Positions 61,708-64,000 of a stretch of DNA of 64,000 nt are shown piece after piece. A program made the position numbers and the translations under genes. The stretch lies in NCBI RefSeq assembly GCF_009914755.1, contig NC_060943.1. One strand, given 5' to 3'. Position 1 is the stretch's first letter; each line of letters opens with the position of its first letter. The notes under the pieces are model-generated. The model did not search any database and was not told the DNA's origin. It worked only from the letters and a program-made list of their open reading frames with translations. This stretch comes from the human T2T-CHM13v2.0 reference genome, Homo sapiens.

Positions 61708-62163
61708 TTATTTTATTATTATTGTGCTTTAAGTTTTAGGGTAAATGTGCACAGTGTGCAGGTTATTTACATATGTATACATGTAACTAACATATGTATA
61801 CATATATACAACGCTGGTGTGTTGCTCCCATTAACTCGTCATTTAGAATTAGGTATATCTCCAACAGCTATCCCTCCCCCCTCCCTCCACCCCAGAACTG
61901 TCCCCAGAGTGTGATGTTCCCTTTCCTGTGTCCATGTCTTTTCATTGTTCAATTCCCCCCACTGAGTGAGAACATGCGATGTTTGGGTTTTTGTCCTTCT
62001 GATAGTTTACTGAGTATGATGATTTCCTATTTCATCCATGTCCCTAGAAAGGACATGAACTCATCATTTTTTATGGCTGCATAGTATTCCACGGTATAGA
62101 TGTGCCACATTTTCTTAATCCAGTCTATCACTGTTGGACTTTTGGGTTGGCTACAAGTCTTTG
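61708..62163 (-). mobile_element. L1 #7: ~455-bp 3' fragment (L1PA3-like)
   Basis: L1 3' UTR and ORF2 end on the minus strand; AT-rich tail from ~61708; probable short TSD GTTTT (61703-61707 / 62165-62169). Confidence 0.93.
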
Positions 62164-62870
62164 TGTTTTGAAACACTCTTTTTGAAGAATCTGCAAGTGG
62201 ATATTTGGAGAGTTTTGAGGCCTATTGTGGAAAAGGAAATATCTTCATATTAAAACTACACAGAAGCATTCTGAGAAACTTCTTTGTGATGTGGGCATTC
62301 ATCCAATACAGTTGAACTTTTCTTTTGATTGAGCAGTTTTGAAAAACTTTTTTTGTAGAATCTACAAGTGGATATTTGGAGAGCTTTGAGGCCTATTGTG
62401 GAAAAGGAATTATCTTCACTTAAAAACTACACAGAAGCATTCTGAGAAACTTCTTTGCAATGTTCACATTCATCTCACAGAGTTGAACTTTCGATTTGAC
62501 TGAGCATTTTTGAAACACTCTTTTTGTAGAAACTGCAAGTGGATATTTGGACCGCTTTGAGGCCTATTGAGGAAAATGAAATATCTTCACATAAAAACTA
62601 CACAGAAGCATTCTGAGAAACTTATTTGTGATGTGTGCATTCAACTCACAGAGTTAAATTTATCTTTTCATTGAGCAGCTTTGAAACTTTCTATTTGTAG
62701 CATCTGCAAGTGGATAATTGGAGTGCTTTGAGGCCTATTGTGGAAAAGAAAATATGTTCATATTAAAGCTACACAGAAGCATTCTGAGAATCTTCTTTGC
62801 GATGTGTGCATTCATCTCCCAGAGTTGAACTTTTCTTTTGATTGAGCAGTTTTGAAACACTCTATTTGTA

Positions 62871-63210
62871 GAATCTGCAAGTGGATATTTGGAGTGCTTT
62901 GAGGCCTATTATGGAAAAGTAAATATCTTCACATAAAAACTACACAGATGCATTCTGGGAAATTTCTTTGCGATTTGTGCACCCATCTCACAGACTTGAA
63001 ATTTCTTTTGATTGAGCAGTTTGGAAACACTCTTTTTGTAGAATCTGCAAGTGGATATTTGGAGTGCTTTGAGGCCTATTATGGAAAAGTAAATATCTTC
63101 ACATAAAAACTACACAGATGCATTCTGGGAAATTTCTTTGTGATTTGTGCACCCATCTCACAGACTTGAAATTTCTTTTGATTGAGCAGTTTGGAAACAC
63201 TCTTTTTGTA
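62871..63210 (+). repeat. Near-perfect tandem duplication of a single 170-bp monomer
   Basis: 62871-63040 and 63041-63210 differ only by C/T at 62971/63141 (a CpG). Confidence 0.95.
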
Positions 63211-64000
63211 GAATCTGCAATTGGATATTTGGAGTGCTTGGAGGCATTTAGTGGAAAAAGAAAAAACTTCACATAAAAACTAGATGGAAGCGTTCTCAGA
63301 AACTACTTTATGATGTGTGTGTTCAACTCACAGAGTTGAACATTTCTTTTGATGGAGCAGCTTGGAAACACTCTTCTTGTAGTATCTACAAAGGATATTT
63401 GGAGCACTTGGAGGCCTGCAGCTGAAAAGGAAATAATTTCACATAAACACTAGACAGAAGCATTCTGAGAAACTTCTTTGTGATGTGTGCATTTATCTCA
63501 CAGAGTTGAACTGTTCTTTTGCTTGATCAGTTTTGAAACACTCTTCCTGTAGTATCTGCAAGTGGATATTGGGAGCACTTTGTGGCCTATTGTGGAAAAG
63601 AAAATATCTTCACATAAAAACTACACAGAAGCACTCTGAGAAACTTCTTGAACCTATCTATTGATTGAGCAGTTTTGAAATTCTCTTTTTATAGAATCTG
63701 CATTTGGATGTTTGAAGGACCTTGTGGCTATTGGTAGAAAAGGAAATATCTTCACACAAAAACTACACAGAAGCATTCAGAGAAACTATTTTGTGATGCG
63801 TGCATTGATCTCACAGAGTTTAATCTTTCTTTTAATTGAGCGGCTTTCAAAAACTCTTTTTGTAGAATCTGCAAGTGGATATTTCGGGCGCTTTCAGGCC
63901 TATTGTGGAAAAGGAAATATTTTCACATAAAAACTACACCAAAGCATCCTTAGAAACTTCTTTGGGATGTTTGCCTTTATGTCACAGAGTTGAACCTTTC

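Overview
This is primate (human or African great ape) centromere-flanking DNA with no host genes. Alpha satellite (~171-bp monomers, all in one orientation) is layered left to right. First comes a diverged SF1-type 340-bp dimer array with a CENP-B box in every second monomer (1-9335). A SF5-type layer mixing B-box and A-box monomers irregularly follows (~9336-47830), then CENP-B-box-free monomeric SF4-type or older satellite (~47830-64000). Seven L1PA2/PA3-like LINE-1 copies, from six insertion events, interrupt it. They include a near-full-length element, a twin-primed inverted element, two with 3' transductions and one copied in a local duplication. I found no new gene system. The most notable signals are: (1) apparent gene conversion among neighbouring L1 copies, including shared nonsense mutations; (2) an open L1 ORF0 running in frame into alpha satellite; (3) a 765-bp 3' transduction carrying ancient repeats into the satellite; (4) repeated L1 insertion at one position of the monomer; (5) small higher-order duplications within the monomeric layers. 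Subfamily and suprachromosomal-family labels come from remembered consensus sequences, not from a search.
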